Source: Azolla caroliniana (lineage: Eukaryota > Plantae > Polypodiophyta). From it: a stretch of DNA of 64,000 bases. The position numbers and the translations under genes were made by a program. The stretch is from the NCBI GenBank assembly GCA_043228905.1, contig JBHGNT010000020.1:15190001-15254000 (forward strand), read 5' to 3'. Positions 50,279-62,965 of the stretch are shown in pieces (the first letter of the stretch is position 1; every line of letters starts with the position of its first letter). Under the pieces are notes generated by a model that saw only the letters and a list, made by a program, of their open reading frames with translations, had not been told where the DNA came from and did no database searches.

Positions 50279-53200
50279 TGTAGTGAATAGAATAATTGTA
50301 TGTAGCACACGTGCTAAGTGGAGACATGCTCTGAGCCCTCCATGCATTTTAGACCCTATATATATAAAGGTACTCCCACCTTATGTATAGGACTGAAAGA
50401 AAGAAGGGAGAGAAAAACAAAATAGTGTCTATGAGTGGAGGAGAGCAAAAGAGTAATGCGGGTCAAAAATTCTCAAAGAAAGAGGGTTGAAATCTTGAGT
50501 ATAAGTTCATATTCATTAATCCAATATTGGATACAATCACATTTTGTTTCCCGTTAGGTATGTTTATGTGGAGTATTTATTATTGAGGGATAAGTTAATA
50601 GTTCTAAACTTCTATATATATATATATATTGTATTTAAAGAGATGTTGTGATCTATTGGTGGAAGTGATTTAATGTATCTTAGAGTTCGCATGTATTAGA
50701 GATCTAGGTACTAAAGTAAGCTTAAGATAAGGATAAACTAATGATAGATAGAAAGGAGAAAGAGAAAGAAGGGTGCCGATCCACCCGACCACCCCCGAGC
50801 GAAGGGATCGAGACGGACTCGAGCCTCGATCGGCGTCCCATACCACCGCCGTGGCGTCGAGTCGTACCTGGTGCTAGCGCGCTCACTACAAGAGTTGACC
50901 CACCACAAGAGCAGAGTCTCGATGTAGTCAAAAGATAGTCAAATGAGGGTAGCTAGGCCTCTTATTTATAGCGATACCCAAGGCCCCTAGGCAAGTTCAC
51001 ACTTGGCCTAATGGGTTGTCTTAATCCCGAGGATTTAAAAGTAATCCTCCCCTTCTTTACACTCTCGTTTAACCCTCACACTTATCCACATGTATAGAAT
51101 ACTACGGTAAATTCTCACCACGGGATATTATATGGTCATGCCCATAACATACTCCCCCTCTTTAAAACATTGCACTCTTGCAATGGAAAGTTAGGGAAGT
51201 TAGTTCTAAGAGTATTTTTGCGTTCCCATGTGGCATCTTTTATTGATTTATCCATCCATTTTATTTTAAATTCTCGGATTTCTTTAGTACGTAATGTTTT
51301 TGTTTTAACATCGAGAATTCTTTCTGGTACATGTGGTTTAGAAGATAATTCTTCAAAAGTAACCAGAGCTTCAGTTGTAACTGTATTGTCACCAGAACCT
51401 AGAAGTTCTTTTAGACGACTCACATGAAAGACTGGATGAATTCCAACACCATCGGGAAGAGCGAGACGATAGGTTGATGACCCAATGCGTTTGAGGACTG
51501 TAAAAGGTCCACAAAACCGTGGGACTAACTTAGCGCACTTACCCGTAGACAATGTCTTAGAATTGTGAGGTACACGTAAAAATATCTTCTGTCCAGGGTT
51601 GAATACACAAGGTTGCCTATGATGGTCGGCATAAAAACGCGCTCTATCTTGAGCTGTTTTTATATTATCTCGTGCAATATGCAACATATCTTGCATATCC
51701 CGAAGAAAGTTTTGCGTACTTCGCAACTCATCATGATGTATATTAACATCAATCGGGGCTCGTGGCTGAAAACCATACATCAACATAAAAGGACTATATC
51801 CCGTCGACGTATGCTTGGAGCTGTTATAAGCAAACTCCAAAATTGGGAGATAACGTTCCCATTTTGTTGGTTTTGCACCAACGTATGCTCGAAGCATGTC
51901 CTCAATAATTTGATTTACTCGTTCTGTCTGTCCATCGGATTGAGGATGATCCGTGGAGCTCATGCTCAACGTAGTTTCTAACTTCTTAAAGACTTGCGTC
52001 TAGAAGTCACTAGTAAACTTTGGATCTCGATCACTCACGATATCCATCGGTTACCCATAAAAACGAAATAATTCGTCAACGAATTGGTAAGCCAATTCAG
52101 GAGCTGTTACCGTGGTTTTAATAGCAATAAATCTGGCCATTTTAGTTAGTCGATCAACGACAACCCAGATGGCATCATGACCTTTTTGGGTGCGAGGAAG
52201 GCTAACAATAAAATCCATGGATATACTTTCCCACTTATTATTGGGAATGTCTAAGGGATGTAAAAGTCCTGCGGCTTTAAGTTGCTCAACTTTGTTAACC
52301 TGACACTGGTGACATTTAGTCACATAGCTATGTATGTCAGGACGCATCTTAGGCCAATAAAATTGAGTGGAGATGAGAACGAGTGTACGATGTATTCCAG
52401 GGTGCCCTGCTGAGGGTGCATCATGGCATTAAAAAGAATCCTCTTTTTGACCTCGAGTAAATCTGGAACACAAACCTTCCCATTACAGTAGAGTAAACCG
52501 TTAGCAATGTGGAAGTATTCATTCGAGGATGTGGTGGTGTTTGTTCCAGACTCAACTCTTGCCCAGTATTTTGCAAAATAACTGTCATCAAGATACTTTC
52601 CTCGAAGGTGATCATAAAGATCTGATGTTATTTCAGTGAAGCTAAGCATGTTAACTTCACGGATGCGACTTAGTGCATCAGTGATAGTGTTCATGGAACC
52701 TTTACGATATCGTATGGAAAAATAAAAGTCCTGGATGAGATCAGCCCATCGTGCCTTACGACCTTTCAGGTCTTGTTGGTCACAAAAATATTTCAAGGAC
52801 TCGTGGTCCATAGTTACCACAAAGTGATTTCCATAAAGATAATGGCGCCATGTTTTGAGCGCATGTATAACTGCAAGTAATTCCTTTTCTTGAACGGTAT
52901 ACCGACATTGAGCAGAATCAAGTTTCTTACTCTCGAATGCTATTGGTTTACCATCTTAATACAAGACAGCACCTATAGCATAATCGCTTGCATCGGTTTC
53001 AACCTCAAAAGGTTTTGAAGGATCAGGTAAAAGAAGTGACGGAGCCTTGCAAACCAGGTCCTTGAGTTCCTTAAAGGCAAGGTCTAGTGTAGCATTCCAC
53101 ACAATAGGTTTTGTAGACTTACGCGTTTGACCTTTTAAAAGATCAATAAACGGTGTCGTCAATTGGGAGTAATTACGAAGAGACTTTCGCAGAAACCCGA

Positions 53201-56200
53201 CAAAACCAAGGAATGATCAAACTTCTCGAATATTCCGAAGAGTGGGCCAAAGCTTGATTTTATCAATGCGAGAAGGATCAATTTCAACTCCTCGTTTGGT
53301 TATGAGATGTCCTAGATAAGTAATTGATCTCTTGAAGAACTCACATTTTGAGATCTTTGCGTAAAACTGTTTGTCATGCAATGTTTGTAAAACAAAGCGG
53401 ACATGTTTAGCATGTTCTTGTAATGTACGGCTATAAACTAAAATATCATCCAAGAAAATAACGACAATTTTTCCAAGTTGTTCTCGAAAAATGTCATTCA
53501 TTTCTTGTTGAAATGTAGCCGGAGCATTGGTCAAACCAAAAGGCATAACCAAAAACTCATAATGCCCATAGTGCGTACGAAATGCCGTTTTAGGAACATC
53601 GTCCTCACTTATTCGTATTTGATGGTAGCCAGTACGGAGATCAAGTTTCGTAAAATACCGAGCTCCCTGGAGACGGTCAATTAGATCGTCAGCCTGTGGC
53701 AATGGGTACAAATTCTTGATCGTCACTTTATTCAAGCATCGGTAATTAATACACATATGCCATGTGCCCTCTTTCTTTTTAACCAAGAGAACTGGTGCAC
53801 CCCATGGAGATTTACTATAACGTATATAACCCATTCGTAAATAGTCCTTGAGTTGCTTAGATACCTCATCTTCTTCGGATCGACTTAAGCAATACGGAGG
53901 TATACTTATTGGTGCAACACCAAGTAGAATATCTATACGATGGTCTATATTACGTTTAGGAGGTAACCCATCAGGTAGTTCACTTGGAAAAACATCATGA
54001 AAATCATTTAAGATTTCATCAAGTTGTTGTTGTTCAAAATATGTTAATTGAACCGGGACATTATCGATATTGTAAACGTGAATGTCCGGATCAAGTACAC
54101 AATAAAATAACATAGAACAAGACAACTCGGATATTGATGGACATGAGGAAACAATCGAGAGGGATTGTTTTTTTACACATTGAATAAAATGCGTACAATC
54201 GTTCAGTACAAAAGAAATGGAATGGCGAACCCAATCAATAAATAAAGAAGAGTTTTTATTATAAAACCAAGGATAACCCAGTATTACATCGGTGGTACAA
54301 AGATTCATTACATGGAAGTCTACTTCCTCTATATAAGTATCAATAGAAATTCCTAATGAATGAATCGCCCCGTTGATGTATTGTACTCTTCCATCAGCCA
54401 AGTGCACCGTGTAGGTGTGATCACTTATGGTGGATTGGATTCCCCATATCTGAACCAAATGATCATTCACAAAATTGTGTGAGCTTCCCGAATCAAATAA
54501 AAATTGTACGGGAGATCCATTGGTATACCAGTTTGCACGTAGTAAATCATTGGGACCCAATACATAGTGAGGGAAAGAACATTGACAATTACTTAAATGA
54601 TGTGTATAGACCTGAAGGACATTAGGAATCTGACCTTTATGGTTTGCAGCTTTAGCTTTGTTGTCGTGCTCTTTCCGTTGGAGCTTTTGACATTGATCTT
54701 TTGTATGACCCTTCTTTTTGCAGAATACGCAAAAAGGATGTTGTCGCTTACAATCGCGATCCAGGAATTCGTTGGGTGTCTTGCGTTTCCCAACAAATTG
54801 CGACTGCTTAGTCTCGGGCGCTTCGTTGGTTTGTTGTGGTCCTTCGAAGTGCGTTGATAGCGAAGAACTATTTCAACGGCCTCTTCGAAGGATTTTGGAT
54901 CCTTATCGTGCACTATCCAATGATAGTCCGAATTGGGGATGCCATTGACAAAACAAGCTATCAACCAATTGTCCCCTTCTAGACCCGATTTTTGGATTTG
55001 GGTTCTAGCATGGTGAACATAGTCTTCTAGAGAGGAAAATTTCCTGCTAGAGAGGTTCATTAAAGCTTGTGCTACCTCGGTTTGAGAGGGAGGTTGCAGA
55101 AATTGGCCCTTAAAAACCGTGACAAAATCTGTCCAGGTATCGGGCAATTTCCCCATAGTACGGAGCCCACGCCACCAGGCGGCGGCCTTACCCCCGAGTT
55201 CTTGGCCGACATATGCAATCTTCGTACTATCTGGCGTGGGATAGAGCTCAAAATGAGACTCCCATCATCCCAGCCATGTGCAGATTGCTTCTTCGGTTCT
55301 TTCCTTTTTGTCTCCCGTAAATGGCTTAACGACAAATGATGGTTCACCTTGTCGCTCGTCAGATCAGGTCTATTAGTCTCACGTTGTAGACTCATGACAC
55401 GTGCCTCAAGAGCACTCTGAGATTGCCGAAGTTTGGTCATTTGTTGAGCGGTGAAACTAAGGTATTGGGTTATTTGTGCCAAATACATCTCAGTGGACAT
55501 TTGTCCAGGAGGATTCCCTTGAGTTCCTTCCGCTTGAGCGGATGACATCAGGTCGTTAATTTGAGCCATTAAAGATTATTTCTGGAAAAGAAATAGGATA
55601 AGGTCAGAGAGATAGTCATAACATCATGTCATGATGTAAACATATCATGGGCAAACATTAATCGATATCAGGATCTCACATCAATACCCCTCTAGACGTA
55701 TGAGATGAGGTTCAAGATCAGGTTACTATGGTAACACAAAGGTGTTTTAAAAACCATGGGGGTGACAATTTAATGTCTTTCCCTAATCTCTATATCGATT
55801 TTTTCATGGCAGCTCCCCGAGGCTCAACCATGTATGTTCGCATCATGAGTAGTTTATACACGAAAATAATGTTAACAATAAACTATGTTTCGGTACCCAC
55901 ATATGTGGTTTCGGCTCTTTAAGTCCTATTACGAGGACCCCGAGGTGCACTTAGACCTTAAGTCTAAACATGTGTTATAGTCATATGTATCAAGGATGTT
56001 GTATGGTCTTGTTCATATTTGAACTCGAGACCTCGAGAACAAATACATTAAACACTTGAGCCAACCAAGTAAGTTGCTCTTCTCGAATGCTTAATGTTTG
56101 ATGCGTATAAGAGATATGCGAGGCATTTGATAATATATGTTTTTTTTAAAAGAACATATATGTCAAGGGTCCTTATTTCACCCTCATTTACCAAAACTAT

Positions 56201-56686
56201 GTTGGTACGTTACCTAACCTCAAGTCTCGTAATTACGATGGCATATGCCAAAGTGCAACCTAATGGTCAAGCCAAATGAGCCCTCATTTCGTAGTAGGCC
56301 CACGTGGCTTAGCACATGGTCACGTCATTACGAATGCCTCTCGTAAGAACGAGCTCATGGTGGCATCGTATCCATGTAATGAGGGAGGGATGTTGGATAC
56401 GTGTGTCATTGGAGCGACCTCAGTTGAAGTGGGTCAAGCTCTAAGTACTCAACCTCATTATGGCTATAGGCATTTCTTTACGTAACAAAATTGAGGTCAT
56501 CAACGGGGTTGTCAACAATCAAAAATTGTTGAAAAAGGGATGGTGACAACGCCATTCTCACAAAAATGTGAGGACGGCCACCAACATCCTTTTCTCGACA
56601 AGGACAACTTTCGATATAATCACGTAATAACGAATATACACATATGTTTACTTATCACATATATACGATCAAATACGTATATACGT

Positions 56687-56762
56687 TGTCGCGTTGCTAT
56701 GCGCGTGCGTGGAGAACAAGGCAGGACCACTGGGGTCTTGGACCGAGGAATAAGTGAGGAAA

Positions 56763-56830
<68 letters not shown>

Positions 56831-59800
56831 TAGAGAGAGAGAAACACTCACTCACATATAGACAAAGAAGCGCACGGGGATGCGGCACAACAACACAGGA
56901 GACACGAGTTGAGAATACTAGACTATGTATGTAAATATATGCATGTATTTGCGTGTATGCAGACGACTCGAACGGTTACAGCCGATCCGGTCGGCGAGGT
57001 GGATGCCAACGCCTGATGACCCACGCACACAGGAGAGCAAGATGGAGATTCTGTCGGAAGCACACGGGCGTTCCACGGAACAGAATCAGCCTCCTGAGAA
57101 CCTGCACAAAAGAAAGCTATGGAGAAAGACAGAGGGGAAGAGCTCGGTCCCAGTCCGACAGCACTTCGTTCCCTCTAGCGCCCGATACCCTTCTCTCCCG
57201 TCTCCCTCTCTTTTATAGCTCAAGGAGGGAGGCCGCCTTGCCCATTTACATCACATTAATTCTCAGTCCTTTCGGACAAAGATACTCCTCGATTCTCCCT
57301 ATAGAATATTGCTACCTAGGATCTGACCTTTGTGCCTACCTATCTACTATACGACAAGGGACGAGCCCACGTGTAAGGGCCGGTTCACACACACTATACA
57401 CGATTTGCACCTGGGGACAGTTTTCTTCACGACATCCGCCCCCACCTAACCGTGCATCCACCGGTATGCGCCAAAATTGGGTTCCTACTTGGAGAAAACC
57501 GGTCCTTGCTTTTATTCCTCGTTTACCAGTTTGTCCTCCGCCTCGGGCTGCTCGTCGTTGTTGTCCATGCCCCCTAGCTCCGGCTCACCGTCGTGTCGTT
57601 TCTTGAACGCTTTGATCCTCTTCCCCGCTACCGGTATCGCCATTCTCGTACCGTCAAGCTTCGCGAGATGGTACGTCCCATTGTCGTTGGCGCCTGTTAC
57701 TATGTAAGGCCCGAACCACCTCCTTGCGAACTTCCGCGTGGCCTTGTGCTGATTGTCGAGGCTGCTGTCGTAGACTAGCACCCAGTCGCCTTCCTTGATT
57801 CTCCTTGGCCTGAGCCGGTGTGATCGGTCGAACCGGGCTTTGTTCCTTATCCTCGCTACTCGAAGTTTCTCCGCGGCTCGCTCTACATCCTCCGGCCTCC
57901 GCTCGAGCTGTCAAATCCGCGCCGCCAACAGTTCCTCCTGGCTCATCTCATCCGTCCAGTCCATCGTGGCCCACGAGGAGATCGTTCGCTCTGTTGGCAT
58001 GATCGGCTTCTGCCTGAACATAAGCTCGGCCGGCATGAACCTGGTCACTGAACTGTGCGTAGTCCGGTCCGCCCACAAGGCATAAGGTAGCAGCCGTGGC
58101 CAGTCCTCGACTCGGCCTCCGCATGCCTGTACTAGTGCTTTGACAATTGGCCCGTGTCCGCGCTCCACCTTCCCGTTCGCCTCCGGATTGTATGCTGTGG
58201 TGAGCGAAAGTTTGACTCCTAGCCGGTCGAACAACTCTTCGGCCTCTTCTGCGTCCAACTCACCACGGTAAGCCATGATCTTCCCTACGCACCCGTATCA
58301 GCATACTACGTCCTTAATCAAAAACCGGCACACGACTGCCGTCGTCTTGTTCTGCAGGTCTCAGCCTTCAACCTGGTTCGTTAGATCTTCCCGAGCCAGC
58401 ACCAGATACCGCATCTGTCCTACCCCCATTGGCATCGTCACCAAATCCACCATCCATTTGAAGTGCACAGTCGAAGGGTAGGTCGGGTGAAGCTCGTCCC
58501 GGTGTCGGATCATGGAGTGCATATGGCAGCTTTCGCAAGTCGTCACGAACTGATGCACGTCCCGGTATAGTCCCAGCCACCAGTACTTCCCCTTTAGCTT
58601 TTCGAACGTGGCCCACGTTCCACGGTGTCCAACCCACGGGCTATCGTGGTACGCCGCCAGCAAATCCTCCTGTTCCTCCTTCTTCGCCACCACTCGGAGC
58701 GGGATGCCGTTCCTCTTCTTCGGGTGCTTCCAGATGTATCTGTCCCGAAGAAAGAATCAGTAGGCTTTCTTCCGAATCCGGTTGGCCTCGTCTGTTGTCC
58801 ATGCCACGTCTGGTGTCATTGTTTTCAGGAACCTGCCGATCTGCAGCCACTCCCCGTCGTACTTGCTCTCGTCGAAGTCGTTAAGTGTTGGAGAGCATTC
58901 CCCGTTGGTTGTCACGTAAGTCGCCTCGAAGAAGTCCACGCCGACTTCCTCGTCCTCTGAAACCATGCCGCCGTCGTTTTCGAACCTCGCCCTTGAAAGC
59001 ATGTCGACCATGGCGTTGTCTTTCCCGGAAATGTGTCGTATTTCCGGATTCAGGGACTTGATGTATGCTATCCACCTGAGCATTGCCAGGTCCGGCGTCG
59101 CGCATCTGGAAACCATGCCAAGAATTGGCAGGCAGTCCGTCTCGATAATTACCTCTGCCCCGATTAGGTAGTCTTTATCGGCCTTTACTGCCAAAACGAT
59201 ACCCCAGAGCTCGCGTTTAACCTGGGCGTATCGTTTAACCGAGGACCTTCGCGCCGAACCGGATCGGGAAACGCATGTCGTCCTCGTCCTCCTGGTTGAC
59301 GACCCATCCGATCCGGTCGGACTCGTGTCTACCGTTACATCCTAAACCCCTTCGCGTCCAGAAATGGCATGGTGATGTCCGGGATACAATCTCTCAGCAC
59401 CTTGTTCATTGCATTCACCATGTGAGCCACCGAGTTCGTCCCTCCTTGCAGTAGGGTACACATCCGTACTAGGCCGAGAGGAGTTCGCATTGTCGTGATG
59501 TCTCTACTCTCTATGGCTAGCTGGAACTGATCGTACACCGAGTAGAGATCACCAACCGAGTAAATCGACCTTTCGGCGAAGGCCTCTGCGAACTCGTCTA
59601 TTGTCGGTCCGATTCCTGCGTTTCGAATGGTCACCTTGTTGACCGACTGTAGGTCTTGAATAAAGTGTAGCGTGCCGTCCTTCTTTGGCACGGTAAACCA
59701 CCGATTCGAGTATGGGGCACTCGACGGTTCGAGGATTCCCATCTTGACCTTCTGCTTTAACAACTCCATCAGCTTCGGGATGTGAGCTCTAGGTACTGGA

Positions 59801-62634
59801 ATCGGTTTGAGACTCCACGGCACATGCGGTACCATGAATATCACAATCGTGTCCATGACTGTCGGGTCTACGCACCCGATCTCCTCTGGTGAGAATGCAA
59901 AAGCCTTCCCGTGCCTTCCAAACATTTCCCGAAAACAGTCCTCTTCTGCCAGCAGTAGGAAGCCGCCCCCACCGATTTTGAGCTCGCGCAGCGTTATGTC
60001 GGTGAACGTGTGTCCTATGCGGGCCGGATTTCATAAACTCGGGTCCGACGCAACCCCCTTTATTCGCAACTCGCTGCCCTCCGGCAAGGGAGCCGCGACT
60101 AGCCTCACCTTCTGGTCCACGGTCTTGTACCTCATGTCCACCCGGGCCGTCCGACTCGACTCGAGCCCTCTATTGAAGTCCGCGATGACTTCGTTCATCC
60201 TTTCTGAACATACCGGAATCGTCCGGTCCTCTTTAAGGACTCCTCCGACTACCTCTCGCAGCTCCCCAGAGGTATCGTCGAAAGAGACCGCCTCCACGGC
60301 TCCGTTGATTTCCTCTCCAAGGCCGAGGACGCCACATGCCCGAAGTCGCTCCTCCGCCCTTTTCTTCTTCCGTCCAACAACGTCAACAATTGTACACCCT
60401 CCGTTGTCGGAGAACCAAAATTTCCTACTTATAGTACAGGGTTTCTTCGCTATCATACACTTGTGGGGTTTTCCCGGAGTGTCCGGACTACCGCGGCCCC
60501 ACGCCTTGATAGCCCTCTTCAAAAATCCTCCCGGCTTTCGCCCCCGAGGGTCTCGCGGTTCCTCTCATGGTTCGGTCTCACCGTCAGGAACTGGACCGAG
60601 TGGCGCCCATCCTGGCTCTTGACCCTCGCATAGGCCGAGCCGTTGTCCAGCACCTTGGTCTCCATCCATGCTGCCGTGATGTACGGTTCTCCGAGTATAA
60701 CTGGATGTGAGGACGTCTCTTACACAAAGAAGTGCTGCTCAATCTCGACATCGCCGATCTTTACTCGTACATTCGGGCAGGCTCCATGCAGTTCCTCAGT
60801 GGCACGCGTCGCCGCCCGTATTTTCCACCCGTGCTTGGTGTTGATCGGCCATTTCCCCTTCTTATAGAAGTCCATGGACATCAAATTGATTTCTGAACCG
60901 TGGTCCACCAACGCCACCACCGGTTCATGAACATCTCCGATCTTCACGGGGGTCTCCGTGGTTGCTCTGGCCCAATGCGGCCTCGAATAGTGGCTCTCCG
61001 CCAACTCGTCTTCCAGCGCCATGTCCTCTATGTCGTTCGCACCTCTACCGGCTTCTCCGGTTCTGTCTCCGTCGACAGCCTCTTCCTCTTCACCAAGTCT
61101 ACGATGGAGTCGTGGAACTCCTTTTTGGCGATCCTGAGCAATTCCCTCAGTGATAGTTCTACCTTGCTGTCGAGGATTCGTTCTTCCAGGACCTTTCGCA
61201 GGTCCGTGGGTCTCTTCCCTTCGCGTTGGTGGTGTTGGCTCGAGCTTCTTTGCTGCGACAGAGCCCGCCCTTGTCGACCCTTTGTCAACACATTCCCGCC
61301 GTTTGTCGAAACGGCCACAGATCCTTTTCACCACGGCCCAGTCGGCTGTCAGCCCGTCATCAGTCTCCAATAGGAGGCCTACCTACTCCCGATCCCGCTC
61401 GTCAACCGACTTAACAAACAATAGGACAAGGCTTGTGTCCAGAACGGTCCGGTCAAGCACCGAGAGGCGCGCGAAGCGTTCCTCAAACTCCCGAAGGAGC
61501 ACTGACGCGTTCCTTCCTTTGTCGGGGGTCTCCACCCACTCCATGAAGTCCCGCTTCGAAAGTCGAAGCGCATCTTCAAGCCCGTATCTTTCGAGGAGCC
61601 GACCTTCGAACTCCTCCCAGGTCCGGCTCTCGGCCCGTACCTCGAGCACCTCCGTATGGATACCCGGCATCGCCACTCGAGGGAATCCGGCTAGACGCCT
61701 CTCTTCCGGGATGTCCCTCATTACCATCTCAGCCCGGTAGGACGCCAAGTAGCTTGTGGCATCCTTTCCACTAAACCAGCCGATCGTACCGACAACCGCC
61801 TCGATAGCCCTATCAAGGGCACCGGTGCCTTCGCGCGCACTCACTATACGGTCTACAGCCGAAGCCATGGCTTCTGCAAGGTCCGACCCCCTCATCTTCT
61901 ACTCCTCTGCCGCCTGTTCACGTCGGGTTCACCAAAGATGTCACGTTGCTACACGCGTGCGTGGAGAACAAGGCGGGACCACTGGGGTCTTGGACCGAGG
62001 AATAGGTGAGGAAAGAGGGAGAGAGAGAGAGAGAGAGAGAAAAACGCTCACTCACGTATAGACAAAGAAGCGCACGGGGACACGGCACAACAACACAGGA
62101 GACACGAGTTGAGAAAACTAGAGTATGTATGTAAATATATGCATGTATTTGCGTGTATGCAGACGACTCGAACGGTTACAGCCGATCAGGTCGGCGAGGT
62201 GGATGCCGACGCCTGATGACCCACACACACAGGAGAGCAAGATGGAGATTCTACCGGAAGCACACGGGCGTTCCACGGAACAGAATTAGCCTCCTGAGAA
62301 CCTGCGGAAAAGAAAGCTATGGAGAACGACAGAGAGGAAGAGCTCGGTCCCAGTCCTACAGCACTTCGTTCCCTCTAGCGCCCGATACACTTCTCTCCCG
62401 TCTCCCTCTCTTTTATAGCTCAAGGAGGGAGGCCGCCTTGCCCTTTTACATCACATTAATTCTCTGTCCTTTTGGACAGAGATACTCCTCGATTCTCCCT
62501 ATAGAATATTGCTACCTAGGATCTGACCTTTGTGCCTACCTATCTACTATACGACAAGGGACGTGCCCACGTGTAAGGGCCGTTTCACACACACTATACA
62601 CGGTTTGCGCCTGGGGACGGTTTTCTTCACGACA
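56687..62634 (-). mobile_element. Nested non-chromovirus Ty3/gypsy (Phygy/Selgy-like), tRNA-Trp primed, 4-bp TSD ACGT
   Basis: LTRs at 56687-57434 and 61939-62634 (TG..CA; (GA)n length differs). ACGT at 56683-56686 and 62635-62638. PPT GGGGGCGGA. gag at 61895, protease LVDHGSE, RT truncated at MPFLD, RNase H, integrase YNPEANGKVE and GPY, no chromodomain. The lineage name is from recall. Confidence 0.93.
61917..61934 (-). promoter_or_regulatory. Primer binding site, tRNA-Trp
   Basis: The plus strand reads TTCACGTCGGGTTCACCA, which is the 3' 18 nt of plant cytosolic tRNA-Trp(CCA) as I recall it; 4 nt from the LTR. Confidence 0.85.
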
Positions 62635-62700
62635 ACGTGACCACATATGCCGATATTAAACATATCGCTATATTAAATAGCCACAAATGATGTGATCGAG

Positions 62701-62965
62701 ATACGTAATCGAGGTATATACCTCTACGCACACGAAACATCCACAAATAAGAGATCATCGTAATACGCAATTGAGGTATTGACCTCTTACGCATACGAGA
62801 CCAAACGCTTATCGTTTACAACAAATGAAGGTATTAAACTCATACGCAAATGTAACATATGTTCATGAACGTAATACGTAATTGAGGTATTAACCTCATA
62901 CGCATATGACACTCATCACATATTATTTATATGTCAAACGAGGTATTGACCTCATGCACATATGT
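62701..62965. repeat. About 60-bp degenerate tandem repeat x5 in the chromovirus 5' leader
   Basis: Recurring GAGGTATT(A/G)ACCTC(A/T)TACGCA with a palindromic core. Confidence 0.75.

Noticed and set aside
56953-57606. 217-aa and 168-aa ORFs (62153-62659) as an extra retroelement gene
   Set aside because: They lie antisense within the LTRs, have no domain signature and end differently in the two copies.
61917-61934. tRNA-Trp gene
   Set aside because: Only the 3' 18 nt including CCA are present next to an LTR, so this is a PBS.
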